Of a stretch of DNA of 64,000 nt, positions 23,216 through 37,000 are shown in pieces. Position 1 is the stretch's first letter. Each line of letters opens with the position of its first letter. This DNA comes from Pavona decussata (lineage: Eukaryota), in contig CDRNST010000178.1 in the NCBI GenBank assembly GCA_977016875.1, positions 868,001 to 932,000 on the forward strand. The letters run 5' to 3'. The position numbers and the translations under genes were made by a program. The notes beneath the pieces were generated by a model. It had not been told where the DNA came from, did not search any database, and saw only the letters and a list, made by a program, of their open reading frames with translations.

Positions 23216-26200
23216 CTACATTCTAATTTCTCCACGAATGATCTGTTCGTACTTAACCTCGTCAAGTGCCACATACATCTTCTCCTTAGCATCGAAGTAG
23301 AACAACTGGTCCTCTATGATGCCAATATCAAAACCTTCCTTCTTCAACTTGCCCTTCTGAAGTTTATAAGTACCCGTCAAGTCTACATTGTGCACGATTC
23401 TGAGGAACATCGGGCAAGCGTAGCTCGGTAACAGCTTCTTCAAACTATGGACCAACGTTACAAGATTAACTTTGTTGTCTGGGTCGACAATGGCGGCCAT
23501 TCCCGCTCGCCCTTCTGTGCCCGGTACCATGACACCATAGACAACAACGTCGCGAAGGCCAAGCACTTTGCTCATGAGCGACTCGACTTCACTCGTCGAT
23601 ACATTCTCACCGCGCCATCGGAACGTGTCGCCGGTGCGATCGTGAAAATAAATGTACCCGAACTCATCTCGTAATACCAGGTCACCCGAGAGGAAGGCCG
23701 TGTCTCCTTTCCTGAACACGTCGTGCGCAATTTTCTTCGAGGTCTCTACTGGGTTCAGGTAGCCGTCAAACCTCAGAGTTGGGTCACCTGCGTGGAGCGC
23801 AAAAGGTCAACAGGTCAACAGTCTTTCGTGGCTATATGACTAGCCTGCGAACGCAGACGTATTTCCGGCTGTCGCTTCTCTCCTCCGAAAAATAACTATT
23901 TTTCGGCGGAGAGAAGCGACAGCCGGAAATACGTCTTGGTTCGCACGCTACTATAAGACACGCACATATAAAATTCAGTATATGAAATGATTATGTATTT
24001 AAAGCAAGTGATGGAAACGGAAGGAACCTGAGTGGTGATTCGAACGAGTGTATCTTAGCAGAAATTGGAACAAAATATTCCAACGAATGACATCGACATT
24101 TCGGTCAGTGCAACGTCTAACCAACGGTGGGCGGGGGGGAGGAAGGTGGGGGTTGGCAGTAGTCTCCTAACGTTCTTTGGCTCTTCACGTCACGTACTAG
24201 AATGCGAGCAGTCCCTCTTTTGTTCGAGAATTCGCGAGGAAGAACGCAAAAAACTGAGCGCGACTCGCAACAGAGAGACTGCTCGCAGTCAAGTCGCGTA
24301 CTAGACTCGCTCCTTCATGGGGAGGAGTGCGTTGCGTGACGTGCTTGACGTGACGAGCCAAAGAACTTCTGTGCAGGAAGCTACAGTAGGTCTGCAGTAG
24401 TCTCCCTCGCAGCCGTTTTTAGTGTCATCACGCAACGTTGCGTGACGACACTGAAAACGGCTGCGAGGGAGCCTAGTTTGCAGTTGATCAGTTGAATCAT
24501 AAGACATTTAGCAGAACGATAAACTGTTCTTGACACTCCAACACTGTAGCTGGTTCAATTGGTTGGGTTTTCGTTCACCCCGCACTCTACGAGACACCGC
24601 CAAGCCCATCTTGTGAAAACCCAACAAGCGTGAGCCAAGTGAGCCTTCTCTGAGTGAGCCACTCAATGGGCTTTGAGTTCTCACGAGCTTCTATGGATAT
24701 TTCGTGTAATCCAAACCAAAAAAAATAATGAAGCATGTATACGTACTGCGATTACAAGTATAAGTTCTTCTTACATAGAAGAAAGAATCTCGCAGTCGTA
24801 ATTATTCACATCCATTTACTTTACGGGTATATTATGAAGTCAGAACATGACGAGCTCCCAGCTGGCTTTTCGGATAGCTCAGTTGATAGAGCAAGTTCAA
24901 GCCTGATTTTTTTTTCAGTTTTTTTTTTTTGCAACAGTCTGGTTGCGCAGATAACTGCAAGATTCTTTCTGCTATAGAAGATTTTATACTTATAAAAAAA
25001 TGAATGTTTTTGTTTTGTACTGTATTTGTATTTTGCTTTGTACTAGTTTTGCTGGACTAGTATAGTTATTTAGACGTCTTTCGTGATGGCACCCCCTTGC
25101 AGGACTAGCAATTTTTGAATAAAGGTGTAATAAAGTATGTTTCAGACTTCTTACTTGAATCAGAATGCCCTTGGTTTGTAAAGTAGCTCCCTCTTGTAGC
25201 TTTTCTAGCGCCACTACAGTTAAGACCTTTCTTTCCAGTCATTTTCAGTACTCTTGGAATCTGTTTTTGTCATATACTGTCCTTGTCACCGGAATGAATG
25301 TCGTTCTTCAGAGTTGGCTTTTCAAAACCGTTTTATATTGTTGATTTAACGGGGAGCCCCGCACGGGTACTAGCGTCCTGTTTTCCCCTCCAGTCAGTTT
25401 GTATACAGAAGAGATTATGGTTGAATCGGAGAATAGCAAAAAATGAGTTTTGAGATACCATTCTTCCGATTCTCCCATTTTCCTACTTGGCACGATTCTC
25501 CGATTATTCCGATTCGGAAAAATCGTAGAATCGGATAATCATTTCTAAAGTGTCTTATGGTAAAATCGTAGAATCGGGTAATCATTACTTAAGTCACATA
25601 AGCTAAAATCGTAGAATCGGAGGAATCGGAGACTTCAATCGTAAAACAGGTAAAAACCTTAGTGGTAAATCGTAGAATAGTACGCCTAAATCGGACACAC
25701 TATTCTCCGATTTAGCCATAATCGCACTGCTCTCTCCGTACACGGACTGTACCAATTTGAAGTGTAAGTTTTATGCTTAGTCCTTCGAATTTCTTCAAAA
25801 TAGCGCGTACCGCTTTTCGAATTGATTGTTCTTCAACCTTGTAGTCTTGTTTAGTAGTTTAACCAATAAAGTTGCTTAAAAAATAACTTCCTGGCGACTA
25901 AACAAAACAAAATACCTTTGATGCTCTTTCCGACTATCTGTCCCACTTCCCCAGGCTGGGTCCTCACAGCTAATCCATCCGCCCCACGCACGAGTTCACC
26001 GGTGTCTGGATCAACTTTAAAAATGACTACAGGATAAACAGCAGGAGCAATTTCTGACACGAATCCACAAGAACCTGGAGTGCTGTCTATGTTGATTATG
26101 GAGGCAGTGCCCTCCGTTGAACCGTAAAATTCTCCTATCTCCTTAATGCCAAAGCGTGACTGGAATTCCTCCCATATTTGGGGACGGAGTCCATTGCCGA

Positions 26201-29200
26201 CGGCCAAGCGCACTGAATGCTGCTTTTCAGAAGGACGATGAGGTTGGGACAGAAGATAGCGGCAAAGCTCACCGATGTACTGAACGACCTGAAAATAACA
26301 ACATCACCCTTAAAAGGACAGTATCACGCTATTTTTAGTAACACATTGAAAATCGAAAAGACGCTATGCGGTTGATAGCATCCAAGATATAATGACCAAA
26401 ATTCCATTCAAAGACTGTCAGAGTGCAAAGAAACTATCCACGGATATTTTCGCCGTCAGATGACCAAACTAAAAATGGGTTCAAATCTGAAAACGTCGGG
26501 CTGACGTTTTCAATTTTCGCTCTCGTAAGGTCTCGTAACGCACTAAAAATCGGTTGTACTATATTTTGGTTCAACCTTTCGTCTCAGTAGAATCACTATT
26601 AATATTTCTTTGAATTTGCGATTTAGAAATCAATTAACACAGTGTTCAAAGTTTAAATTTAGTGAATTTTTGCCCAAAATCATGATATCCCCCAGGATAC
26701 TGCCCCTCAGCCCCTGCTAAACGTCCTAACATTGTGGTGTTCAGTTTGATTCAAAGCAAAACTTATTTACGGGTATTCTTAATGAAGGCGAGTTCACCTT
26801 TTTACCAGTGCATGATTAGCACAAACCTTTCATTCCAGGGGCCAGTTACGTAATAATTTTGATCACACAACCCGGTATCATATTAAGTTTTAGTATTTAA
26901 AAGCGTCGCAAAAAAAGAATGTTAACCCAAAGCGTAACAGTTTAAATGGGAGTATTAGAAAGGGCGGCAAAGGAGCAGAGATTACAACTTGAATACAATA
27001 AATATTGCTGTACCAATAAGGCAGTGGAAGACTAGTGGCTACATGTATTTTTCTTTTGTTGGCTCATCTTTGAAGTATGAGAAAGGGACAAAAATTTTTG
27101 TTTTATGTAGTTGAATGGGGGTACCTTTTTCATAAAAAGTGCTTTTGTGAAAAGAAAGTGTTTGAACCTCCAGGCAGAACCTCCCCGTATGAAACTTTAT
27201 TGGGTTATATTGAGTTACCTCCCTGTCTGCTAGAAATCACAGCCCCAAATATTCAAATAATGTCACCCTAACTACACTCCACCATTATTCATATGGTTTC
27301 ACGTAGAATTCCCTCAAACATCTTGTCTGCTTTTCATTTATTTTGAACATTAGTCACAAAAATGTTTTTAGCTGGGCCCATCTCTGATGGAAACATTGGT
27401 TGGCTTCCTGGGTATCTCGCCTTGATTCACCATTAAGGATTAATATCTTGTGGAACAGTTTGCCTCAAATATTGTTCCAATAATCATTAAAACCTAACCA
27501 TATCATTCAAGTCAAATTATGATTACAAAAGTCAATCACCACTTACTGTAGCCTTTGATTCAACGCAATCATCCCAAAATTTGCTAGCAGAGAACTTTTG
27601 TCGAAGAACTAAAGTGCAACCACCAATTAAGCACTGGCCAACACCAATTATTCCAGCAGCTGAATGATATAATGGTAGCGAGGAGTAAACAATGTCATCA
27701 TGACGGAAGGCAAGAGCACAGTTCACACCAAATGCCATCCTAAAGTACCTGAAAGATCGCAAATATTTATAGAGAAGGATAATTTTTTTACCGTTAGGCT
27801 ACAATCGTGGACAAAACTGTTAAGAAACTTTTAGTCGATCTCCAAATTCAACCACTACAATGACAGCTCAACAACACAGCCCCCCCCCCCCCCCCCACAT
27901 CAATGTTGGTCTGCCGTGCACTGAAACAAAGGCTGGGATATTGTCTGGCCTTCAAAGTAACATTAGGGAACTTAAGCAACGACGATGGCGACGGCAACGA
28001 CAACGCCGCAAAACAATAGGTTTAATGAGCAAAAACAATCGCTCTGCACATGCGTTTTACATTTTGGTACATTTCTTTGCCGTCCTCTGCAAAACGACAA
28101 CGTGAAATGACCAAATTTACGGTTTTGTGGAGAACGTGAACACATGACGCCACTCCTACCAATTTGGTTCTTGGATAGTTCGCCATTTTTTCTAAAAGTT
28201 GAGCGAGTTGAAATAATTGCAAAGTAGCACAAATGAAATAAAGTTATTTTCGGGTGACGTTTTCGTTGCCGTCGTCATTGCTTAAGCTCCCTATTGAGTG
28301 AGGGGGAGGGGGTGAAGGTTTGCTGCTCTTCAGGTTGTTTTCCTTAATTAAGGGAGAATGAAATATATGCGCACTCGCATATTTCTTAACAAGTTTTGTC
28401 TATGATTGCAGTAAATGACCTTTTTAACCCTTTGAGCCCAAATGGTGACCAGTGTCCAATTTCTCGTTCCAATATCATGACTCAATCAAACATACAGGTT
28501 AGGAGAATAAAGGAAATGATCACTAAAGACAAATTTATTGATATGCAGACAAGCTCTCACAAATTTTACCATAATAAACATATGGAGAGCAGTCAGGACA
28601 ATGTGCAAGTTGATCTCAAGGTTAGCCAGACAGTTCAAGGTTAGCCAGACAGTTCAGTAGTTAGACCATCTAACCTGCATGTGATAGATTATTGGTTTGA
28701 TTCCCACTGGTCATAAATATGTCAGAAACTTAGAAATTATGGTTAAATTTGAGGGTTTGTGATGGATTATTTGCGCAAATTGGCTTATTACTTTATTTTT
28801 AAAAAAGGAACCAACTGAAGTGAAGTTTCTTTTTTTCTCTTCTGCTTAAAGCCAAACAAAAGCGAATCAACCACTGTTTAGGTCTTCTTTTGGGTTTTGT
28901 TTCTTGAGGTTTTAGCAAAGTCGTAAGGTAAAATTTCCATTGATTGCAATATAAGTATGGAAGTAATAGATCAAAAACGAGGAAGAGTGTTCCCTCCGAT
29001 TTCCAAACACAGAGAAGTAGGTTGGAAAAACGAAGTGCAGCCCAACTTCGAAGTGTTTGGAAATAGGAGGAAACACTCTTTCGAGTGTTTGATATAGCTT
29101 CTCAAACTATTGATAATTCTTGGAAAAATTCGAAGCAAAAGTTCACAACATTTTATGATAATTAAGAGCGCATTTCCAAACCTCCTTCACAGTAGTGATT

Positions 29201-32200
29201 TCCTTTGTTTTCTCTTCATGAATTATTAATGAGTTTGAGAACTGTATTTTTAATGTAATAACCAGTCTCCTAGATTGCTTCTGGAGTTAACATTTTAGTC
29301 CTTGTATTTAAATATCCCCTTCTTCTCGAAGATTCACCAGGGTTTTTGCATGTGGCCTTGAATTCCTTCAGGAAACGTTGCTCCAATGTTTTCTCCACTG
29401 CTTTGCACTTCGTTTTCTGATAAAAATGGAAATCTTAACCATAATCATAGGTTTTTATTGCAAACAAAGTACAATGCAGCAGATAAAACATTGGAGCAAC
29501 ATTTCCTGAAGGAATTCTGAAGGCCACATGCAAAAACTCCAGTGAATCTGAGGCAAAACAACAAAAAGCTACCTGAAATGCTCTAAAGGTCGGTATTGCC
29601 CCAAGCCCTTCAATTGAAGGTTTGATCAAACACTTGATACACTGACCACTATATACCACCACAACTTAGCAGATCACCTAGACATTGGTCATAACATGGA
29701 TCAATAGGTTGATTTGTGGCGACACAGCCCACAAAAATTTTGCGTATAAATAAACAGAGCCTGATTACAAGTTGAGTACTACTTGCCTGGCATTTGTTAT
29801 AACAGCAGCTTTAGGCATTCCAGTAGTTCCTGATGTATAAATATACAGCAACACATCTGAAATAAAAGGAGGAAACTTGACTGACCACTAGGTTAACAGC
29901 AGGCTGTTAGCCAGAAATTGAAATTTTGGCATCCAAGAAGCATGTTCCTTGTAAATTTCTTAAGAGATGAGGTGAATTTTGAATGCATTTTCCGCAAAAG
30001 AGGGCGTCTATAGGATGCCTGCACACCCTTCTGGCTAACACATGGGTTAACAGGCTTTAGCCCTGTCAGGGATTGAAGGAAAATTTAAATAATTCTAGCT
30101 TGCCTATGTACTGTGTGGGAAGCTGGTCTCAAGCTGTAAGTCCTTGCCCAGGGTAATTTCATGCTAGATCAGGCACCTGAACCAAGTTTTCCTTCATAAC
30201 AGTTTATTTAGCAGATTGTTTGCACATCAGAAGATTAACACAAACAGTTGTAAACCTGCCAAGGGGGAACTTGCACCATTTGCAATGTCTCAAATTTAAT
30301 TTATTGGTCAAGAGAACAAAAGAATGAACAACACAGCAATTAACATAGCCCTATAACAATGCAGCTGCAGGTTAACTGGGTCCAGTGACAAAAGAGCTTT
30401 AGAACAGGTGAAGGCCCACTGGTGCCAAACAGCAAAATCAACATGTCTGGACAACCCACCAGGACTTTGCATTCATGAGCTATTGGCAAACATACAAGCA
30501 CAAGTGAAAGGGTACGCTGAATAAGGCCCTAAGTGACTTTTGATGTAAGGTCAAATTCTCCTTTTATTTCACAAGCAAAAACAAGAAAATTTGGAAGGAG
30601 ATTCTAACAGTTTATCAGAAGTCACTTAGGGCTTTTTTCCAGGCACCCCTTCAAGTGATGTTTCTGGCTAAGATAACAAAATGGAAGAAAGCTTCAAATT
30701 TTCCCATTTTTGCACTGCAGATTCTCTGTATTCAATGCTTACTTTGCATTCTTTTTTTCATGAAAATTAAATATTCAAATGTTGTTTGCTAAGAATTTTT
30801 GCCAAGACACTCCATTCACCCAATGTTTCATTTACTGCCCATTTCTTTAGGCCTATAAATAGCTACAGGTGCACAAAGCTGTCTTCATCATCTTTACCTA
30901 CCAGCAAATGATTTAGAATAACTAGTGACAGGCTTTCCAGGTGAACTCTCTTCAAGTCTCTTGTCCAAATGAACTGCTGACACCACAGTAGAGGGAGTGC
31001 TCCCTAAGGAGTAAAGCTGGACTATTTCTGGAATTCTGGTCTGGATTTCCTTTAGAGCACCTGTAGGAAAAATAAACCATAAAAACAACAACTTACAACA
31101 ACAAAAATATTATAAACATAATTTATTCCAAAATGGCTTCCCTTTAATTAATATTCTTTTGTTTGCATTTGAATTAGATCTTATTGCCTTGCTTAAGGTA
31201 AAATATTATTTTGATTTTTGAGCTTAAGAACAAGGTAAGAAGGGCTAATTTGAATATGAGCAAAAGAATATTAATTTGTAGCCAATTTGGAATTAAAACT
31301 AAATATAAAATTTTTAATGAATGAGTGTTTTAAAACCAAGTTACCCAAATGTAATTACTCTGAACTAGTCAATAACAACAGAGGCAAATAGTATAATGAA
31401 CCAATCAGAATTCAATTTAAACGAATACAGGTAATCAGCATCAAGTGCCGGAAAATGCATGCAAGCAAGTTATGATTGGTTTTGGTTTTGCTTAATTCTC
31501 ATTGGCTGAGAAAGGAGCTTGAGCAGAATACAGAGTACTAAAGCAAAACCAAAGGAGGCGCAAAATTACTTTAGGAACTTAATTGAAAACCGCTTGGTAC
31601 TTTTGATCTAGTTTTGGCACAAAGCATCAGGGTCTAAAGTTTGTCAGATGAAATCAGTAAGCCCTGCAAGCTCTGCAACCCCCAAAAATTATTGTTACCT
31701 GCGAAATCTATGCCAAAGATTATAGCCCTCACATTAGCCACAGATATGCAATGCCAGAGTGAATCAAGTCTAAGGTTGGTGTTTATAAGCGCAGTAATAA
31801 CACCAAGTTTGGATAATCCCAACCATGTACAAATGAATTCAGGAGAGTTCTCTAATAACAGGGCTACTACTTCTCCTTTTTGATATCCCTGTGACTTGAA
31901 GTAGTTGGCAATCCTGTTAGAATATTCTTCTACTTCTTGAAATGTCCAGGTCTTCTGTTCAAATATGACTGCAACTTTGTAAGGGTGTTTTGCTGCTGTT
32001 CGTTGAAATACGTCAGCAACTATTTTGTTGCTCCTTGCATGTTTGCGAGTGTAGAACAGCACATTTGCAAAACGATATATACCTCTGAAAAGTAACAAGG
32101 TACATATGGTAAGAATATGTTATGACACAATCACCACTTCTCACTGAGACTACATGCAATACAACACTAATGGCATTTGCTCTGACATCATGCTATCCTG

Positions 32201-33534
32201 CTTCTTGTAAACATTTAAAACTGAAGCAAAATCACTGTTCAAGGATTTGTTTGAGGGTCATCGAAACATAACGTTGATAATATCTCACCCCCAAATTATT
32301 ACAACTTAAGATGCTGATTTTTGGCAAGAAGGCATTTTTCATCAAGCTCTTTCCAGGCATTTTAATAAATCCCATAATATCATAAATTGAGCTTGTTTTT
32401 TTTTTTTTTTACGTCATTACTTTAGGACTCTATTGGCCACGGAATCTCATACCCAGGCTCCTCAGGCTCTTTGGCTAGCGATTGGTCACCAGGGGAGACA
32501 CTGGAGAACCGGAATTTTATTACCACAGGATTTCTGCAGTAAAACAATGCAAGCCATTATGGGGACTAGCCAATCAAAAAATTTCATATTTTTTCAAATT
32601 CCCCAGAGTCTCCCCTGGTGACCAACCACTGGCCAAAGAGCTTGAGGACTCTGGGTACGAGATTGCCGGTCATCAGTGCTTTCTAGCTACTAAGAGGGTC
32701 GTACAGGGGTATTTTCGTGATGCCTGATTAGCTGATTTTATTTCCCGTGAAACGTGAATGTAGTAAATTATTCTTCGTAATCCGTGACCTGAAGGTTTTG
32801 CGTGACCCGTGAAGAGCTTGAAAACGAAATTTTCATTTCTGTGATCCGTGATTTGCTATTTTTGCTGTTCATGAACCGTGCAAGAGACCCCCCCCCCCCC
32901 CCCTGTACAACCCTCTACTAATATATCCTACTAATGTATCCTAAAAAAATTGCAATAAAATAAAAAATACAAGATTTTCATTAAATTCTAGGATAGATTA
33001 ACTTATTCAATAAATAATAATAAGAAGAATAAAATAGCTATATCATGGACCTTATATAGCAAGCAACATTGCTGTTCTAAAAACAAAAACAAAAGATGTG
33101 TTGTTTTTGAATTTTAAAAGACTCAGTCTTTCTGCTTGACTGATGTAAGTCGGGAATGCAACTAAGCGCAACTCCTCCCTTTGAGGAAATATTTAATTAA
33201 AGCTAAGTCAAATATCAAGCTTATACTGAAGTACAAGCTCTGTTCCAACGGCAACTAAACAGATCGCCTAAACAAATGTGATGTCCTTCGATCTAAACCA
33301 TTTACCATGGCATATGAAGTCGATAGCTAGGTTTCTTCGAAGACAAAGAAAGCAACTCAAGCTTACGTACATCAAATCGCGCAAAATTGTCCGAAAGAAC
33401 ACCCTTGGAAAATTCCGCCCGCCAGAAGACAAAAAGGTGAGGAACAGAAGGCCTGGGAAAGCAACAAGAGGAAGTCGAAAGTACCAGACTGAAACTCCAA
33501 GAGCGGCGATCACTGCACTCCAAACATAAAACAT
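23216..33534 (-). CDS. SLC27A4: Long-chain fatty acid transport protein (FATP, SLC27A1/4-like), copy C, 641 aa, 7 coding exons (most canonical copy)
   Basis: Exons 33371-33534, 31699-32084, 30902-31060, 29787-29856 (GC donor), 27547-27748, 25916-26288, 23216-23787 total 1926 nt, open frame. Motifs [45 protein letters not shown]. Confidence 0.95.
23841..24475. mobile_element. Cluster of small palindromic TAG..CTA MITEs (23841-23950; 24160-24384 with nested 24198-24292; 24398-24475)
   Basis: TSDs CTATATGAC/CTATAAGAC, GTCACGTAC/GTCGCGTAC, GTCTGCAG/GTTTGCAG; near-perfect hairpin arms. Confidence 0.72.
25425..25720. repeat. Array of AAATCGTAGAATCGG / ATTCTCCGATT motifs in both orientations (probable transposon subterminal region)
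   Basis: At least 4 direct AAATCGTAGAAT copies at 25520-25680 plus inverted TTC(T)CCGATT copies. Confidence 0.6.
27965..28292. mobile_element. MITE AGGGA.CTTAAGCAACGACGA...TCGTC.TTGCTTAAGCTCCCT (copies at ~9370-9718, ~3960-4095, ~21360-21490)
   Basis: Terminal inverted repeats; internal sequence shared with the other copies; AT/TT flanks suggest an ISL2EU-like 2-bp TSD. Confidence 0.7.
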
Positions 33535-34081
33535 TTTACGCCCCCTCATGTGGCGAATGACTCGAGCGGGAAAAGATAGTTTCCTCAAGCAGTCCGGGTC
33601 ACGTAACATGAATTTCTTGATCTCCTTGCATTACAAACGATTCTTTGTGTTCGTGAAAAATCCAGCTGTAAGTGATGGCAATTTTCCGCCTTCCGATAAA
33701 TTATCGATTAGCACTTCTCCGCGGTCGACTGATTATCGATGGTTTGTGGTCGTTAGGCCAAATAAACGTCGGGTAAATACTTCGCACCCTAGAGACGCGT
33801 TGGGGTGAAATTGACAAGATTAGTATCCTTATCGTGGTTATCTCGCGTTAGCTTATCGCGTTCTTTGGCTTTGGCTTGGCTACATCTTTGCATTTGTGGG
33901 TTCTTTTCGAGAAGAAGACGACGATTTCGTGAAAAGCGAGCGAAGGACCTAATGTGATTGCAAAATCAAGCTATTCAACTCTGCTCAGTTGGCTTGGATC
34001 TTTCATTCCTGTGTTGTTTTATATGTTGCTCTATAAACGGATCAGACATTAGAGGGGGCAAGACCAGGGATCAGATTATAG
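33535..34081. promoter_or_regulatory. Probable bidirectional promoter between FATP-C and the PLAT/ANK gene
   Basis: Divergent start codons ~550 bp apart; CpG-rich, no recognisable TE, flanked by CpG-poor introns. Confidence 0.55.
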
Positions 34082-37000
34082 ATGAGTTCTGCTTCTGTGG
34101 CGAAAACTGTAGCAAAGAAATTGTGAGTATTCCACATAACCTTAAATTTCATTGGAGTTAGCCAACGACAAACAATCGATAATTTCTTAAGTGTTAAATG
34201 TTGTAATACAGTAGTTTGTAATACAGTAGTTTGTTTATAGTCTCAATGATCTTTAAGTGCGTGTATTTGCGCTCGCTGGTTTTTACAATACACACTCCGT
34301 TATGTTCTTCATTCGTGGGATTTGAGAGAGAAGCTTATCATACTTTTCCACCCCAGTTAAGTTGGTCCTTCTCTGAAATTCAAACTGTGAGGTAGATGTC
34401 TAAATGTAACTATAATTGCTCAATTAAATAAGCTTAAGCTTAGGTTCAAAAAGGAAATTCCAACTTTCAAGCTCTTAAACTAGATTAATTGAGCTCTGTG
34501 ATGAAGGAAGAATTTTCACATTTTATAATGAATTCACCAATAATTAGCCTGTAAAAGCAGATGCCTTTTCCAGTTGTTGTTTCACGTGCCAAGTAGCTAG
34601 AGGATGTATATATGTGAACCAGAACAGGAGAAGCAAGTTCTTTGACATCAGTTTTTTTTGCAACCAATCGCAAATTTGGCTGCCATGTTAAAAGAAACAG
34701 CACACTTGAATAGACCATACTTATGTAGTAATTTTGGTATTGAACTGGCATAGCTTCAGCACTTGAGGCAATGTTTGTTATTATTAAAAACTGAATCATT
34801 GTATAATGCAATTCAAGGGATTTGATTGGCTTAGCGGCCATGGTATATGAGCTATTATACCATGGCCGAAAAATGGCGACCATTAAATTTTCTGCTGGTT
34901 ATTCCTGCACAGCGAAATCAGTAGAATCTAGCAATATTTCTTGATTGTTTTTAATAAAACAATTATTCCATTTGCGCTTGTTGGACATGAGATGATTATA
35001 GCCAACTCGGTGCTATGCGCCTCGTCGTCTATCTATCATCTCATATCCAACGCGCGCTCGTGGAATAATTGTTAAATATTTCCTTCCCACAACAGCCTTC
35101 ATTGCAAGCTAGATCAAGTGCAATACTGAGAATACGAATATGGTCTATTGTCAAGGAGTTTGCCTTACTTGTGTAAAAAGAAAAAAAAAATGATAGATGT
35201 GGTGGTCTCTTTAGATTAAGTGCATTGAGAAAAGGCTACCTCATGTTACATTACCCAGGCTGAGAGTCAGTTAAGAACATTTTAATTATGACCAAATGTT
35301 TTTAAAATGAACAGTATAAATACAGACAAATAAATATACAGGTAAAAATTCAATCTATATTGTCCAATTGACCCAAATAATAGGTGTCTTGGCCATGTCT
35401 GCATAAATTTATTGAAATACTATAACTAATAACTAAGAACATCTTAAGAACTTTTCAGGCTCAAATTGCCAAAAATAATAAGAACATTCAGCCTCAGCCC
35501 CAAAAGTAGATGTTCTTATAAAAAAGAGTGTGTGCATGTGTCCCCATGCACCCCCCCCCCCAAAAAAAAAAAAAAAGAAGAAGAAAAAACGATCGCAAGT
35601 TAGTCAGTGCAAACGCCAGATATGTTAAATTTAATAATGGTGCAAGAAATGTGATATATCAGGCTAAAAACATAACAAAGTAATGCAAACTGTCAACAAA
35701 TAATTTCAATTAGTGTACTGAAACAACTTGTGCTGTCAAAGACAAAAAACAACTTACATGTATACTCTAACAGCGCGTCACAGTGGGGCAGGAGATGCAG
35801 GGCTAAAGCTTGAAACTTCAGCTCTAGAATCTCTTTATGGCAGCCAAATAATTTTAGCTTTAATTATCAGCTCAGTTAATGAAACCAAAAATTTGTCTCC
35901 ACTCCAATAGTTTCTTTACAAACTAAACCCTGGCTAATAGGTAACTAATAATAATTTTAATTTATTATTATTGCTGACTTGGCAGGCAGATTATAAAAGA
36001 AAACCCTATTACAATAAAAATTTATTATAATGAAAATCTTTATTTGAGGATACCTACTTCACCAAGAGTGGTTTACAGAAGGGTCCTTAGTACTAGAATA
36101 CATAAGTCAAATAATAAAACTAATACAAGAAAAACAAGATGTTAAATATATTGCAAAACTATAACAGACTATGTTATATACACATAAATTAATTTTCTTT
36201 GCACTCCTGAATTGAAAAGTAATCATAACATTGTTATAAATACCTGTAAAATGTTTGCAGTGATAGGCAATGGTACATATATGTATATTAACACAATCTC
36301 AAATTTTTGATAGCAAAACTCTTAACATTTCCTAAAAAGTTACTGATAATTTTACAGCCTTTGAAAGTAGTTAAAAATTCAAATCTACAGCCTATATTTA
36401 ATATGTCGTTTGCAATATCATAACTCTGTTTGACTTTAACGCTACACTGACAAAAAATTAATTTATTTCATTTTTAGTTAATTTGATAGTATCAATTTCT
36501 TGATTTTTATTTTTTTAAATCCCAGTACAATTAAGAAGGGCAATTACAGAATTACCACATAATTAGTGCAAGAGTAAAAATATCCAAGGATTTCCTGTAA
36601 TTCTGTCTTTTTAATAAATTATTATTGCCTTGAAAGAATCAGCTAGTTACCTAAAAAATAAATCTTTTGAACCAAGGTATACAATGATTAACATTTTTAT
36701 CCAAAATGTTTAACTCTACTCAGACATTTTTCTTAGAGAAAGCTGTGAACAATCTTTCACTAATGTATTGTTTTATTCAGAAAATTTCAAAGGTAAAAGT
36801 TTATGTGTATTTACTAATTAATCCGAGGTAGAAATTTGCTGACTTCTTCCTACAAAAATGACAACTCATGTTTCAAAAGTAACTATTGAAATGATAAATA
36901 TCATTTAATTCTGAATAAAATTATTTTTAGAATAGTTGTTTTCCTTTGAGGGACCATTTCTATGAATAATTAATCATCATTTTCCACTCAGCATAATTAT

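Noticed and set aside
33823-33831. GTATCCTT U12-type donor
   Set aside because: No matching branch site or acceptor, and no exon model needs it.
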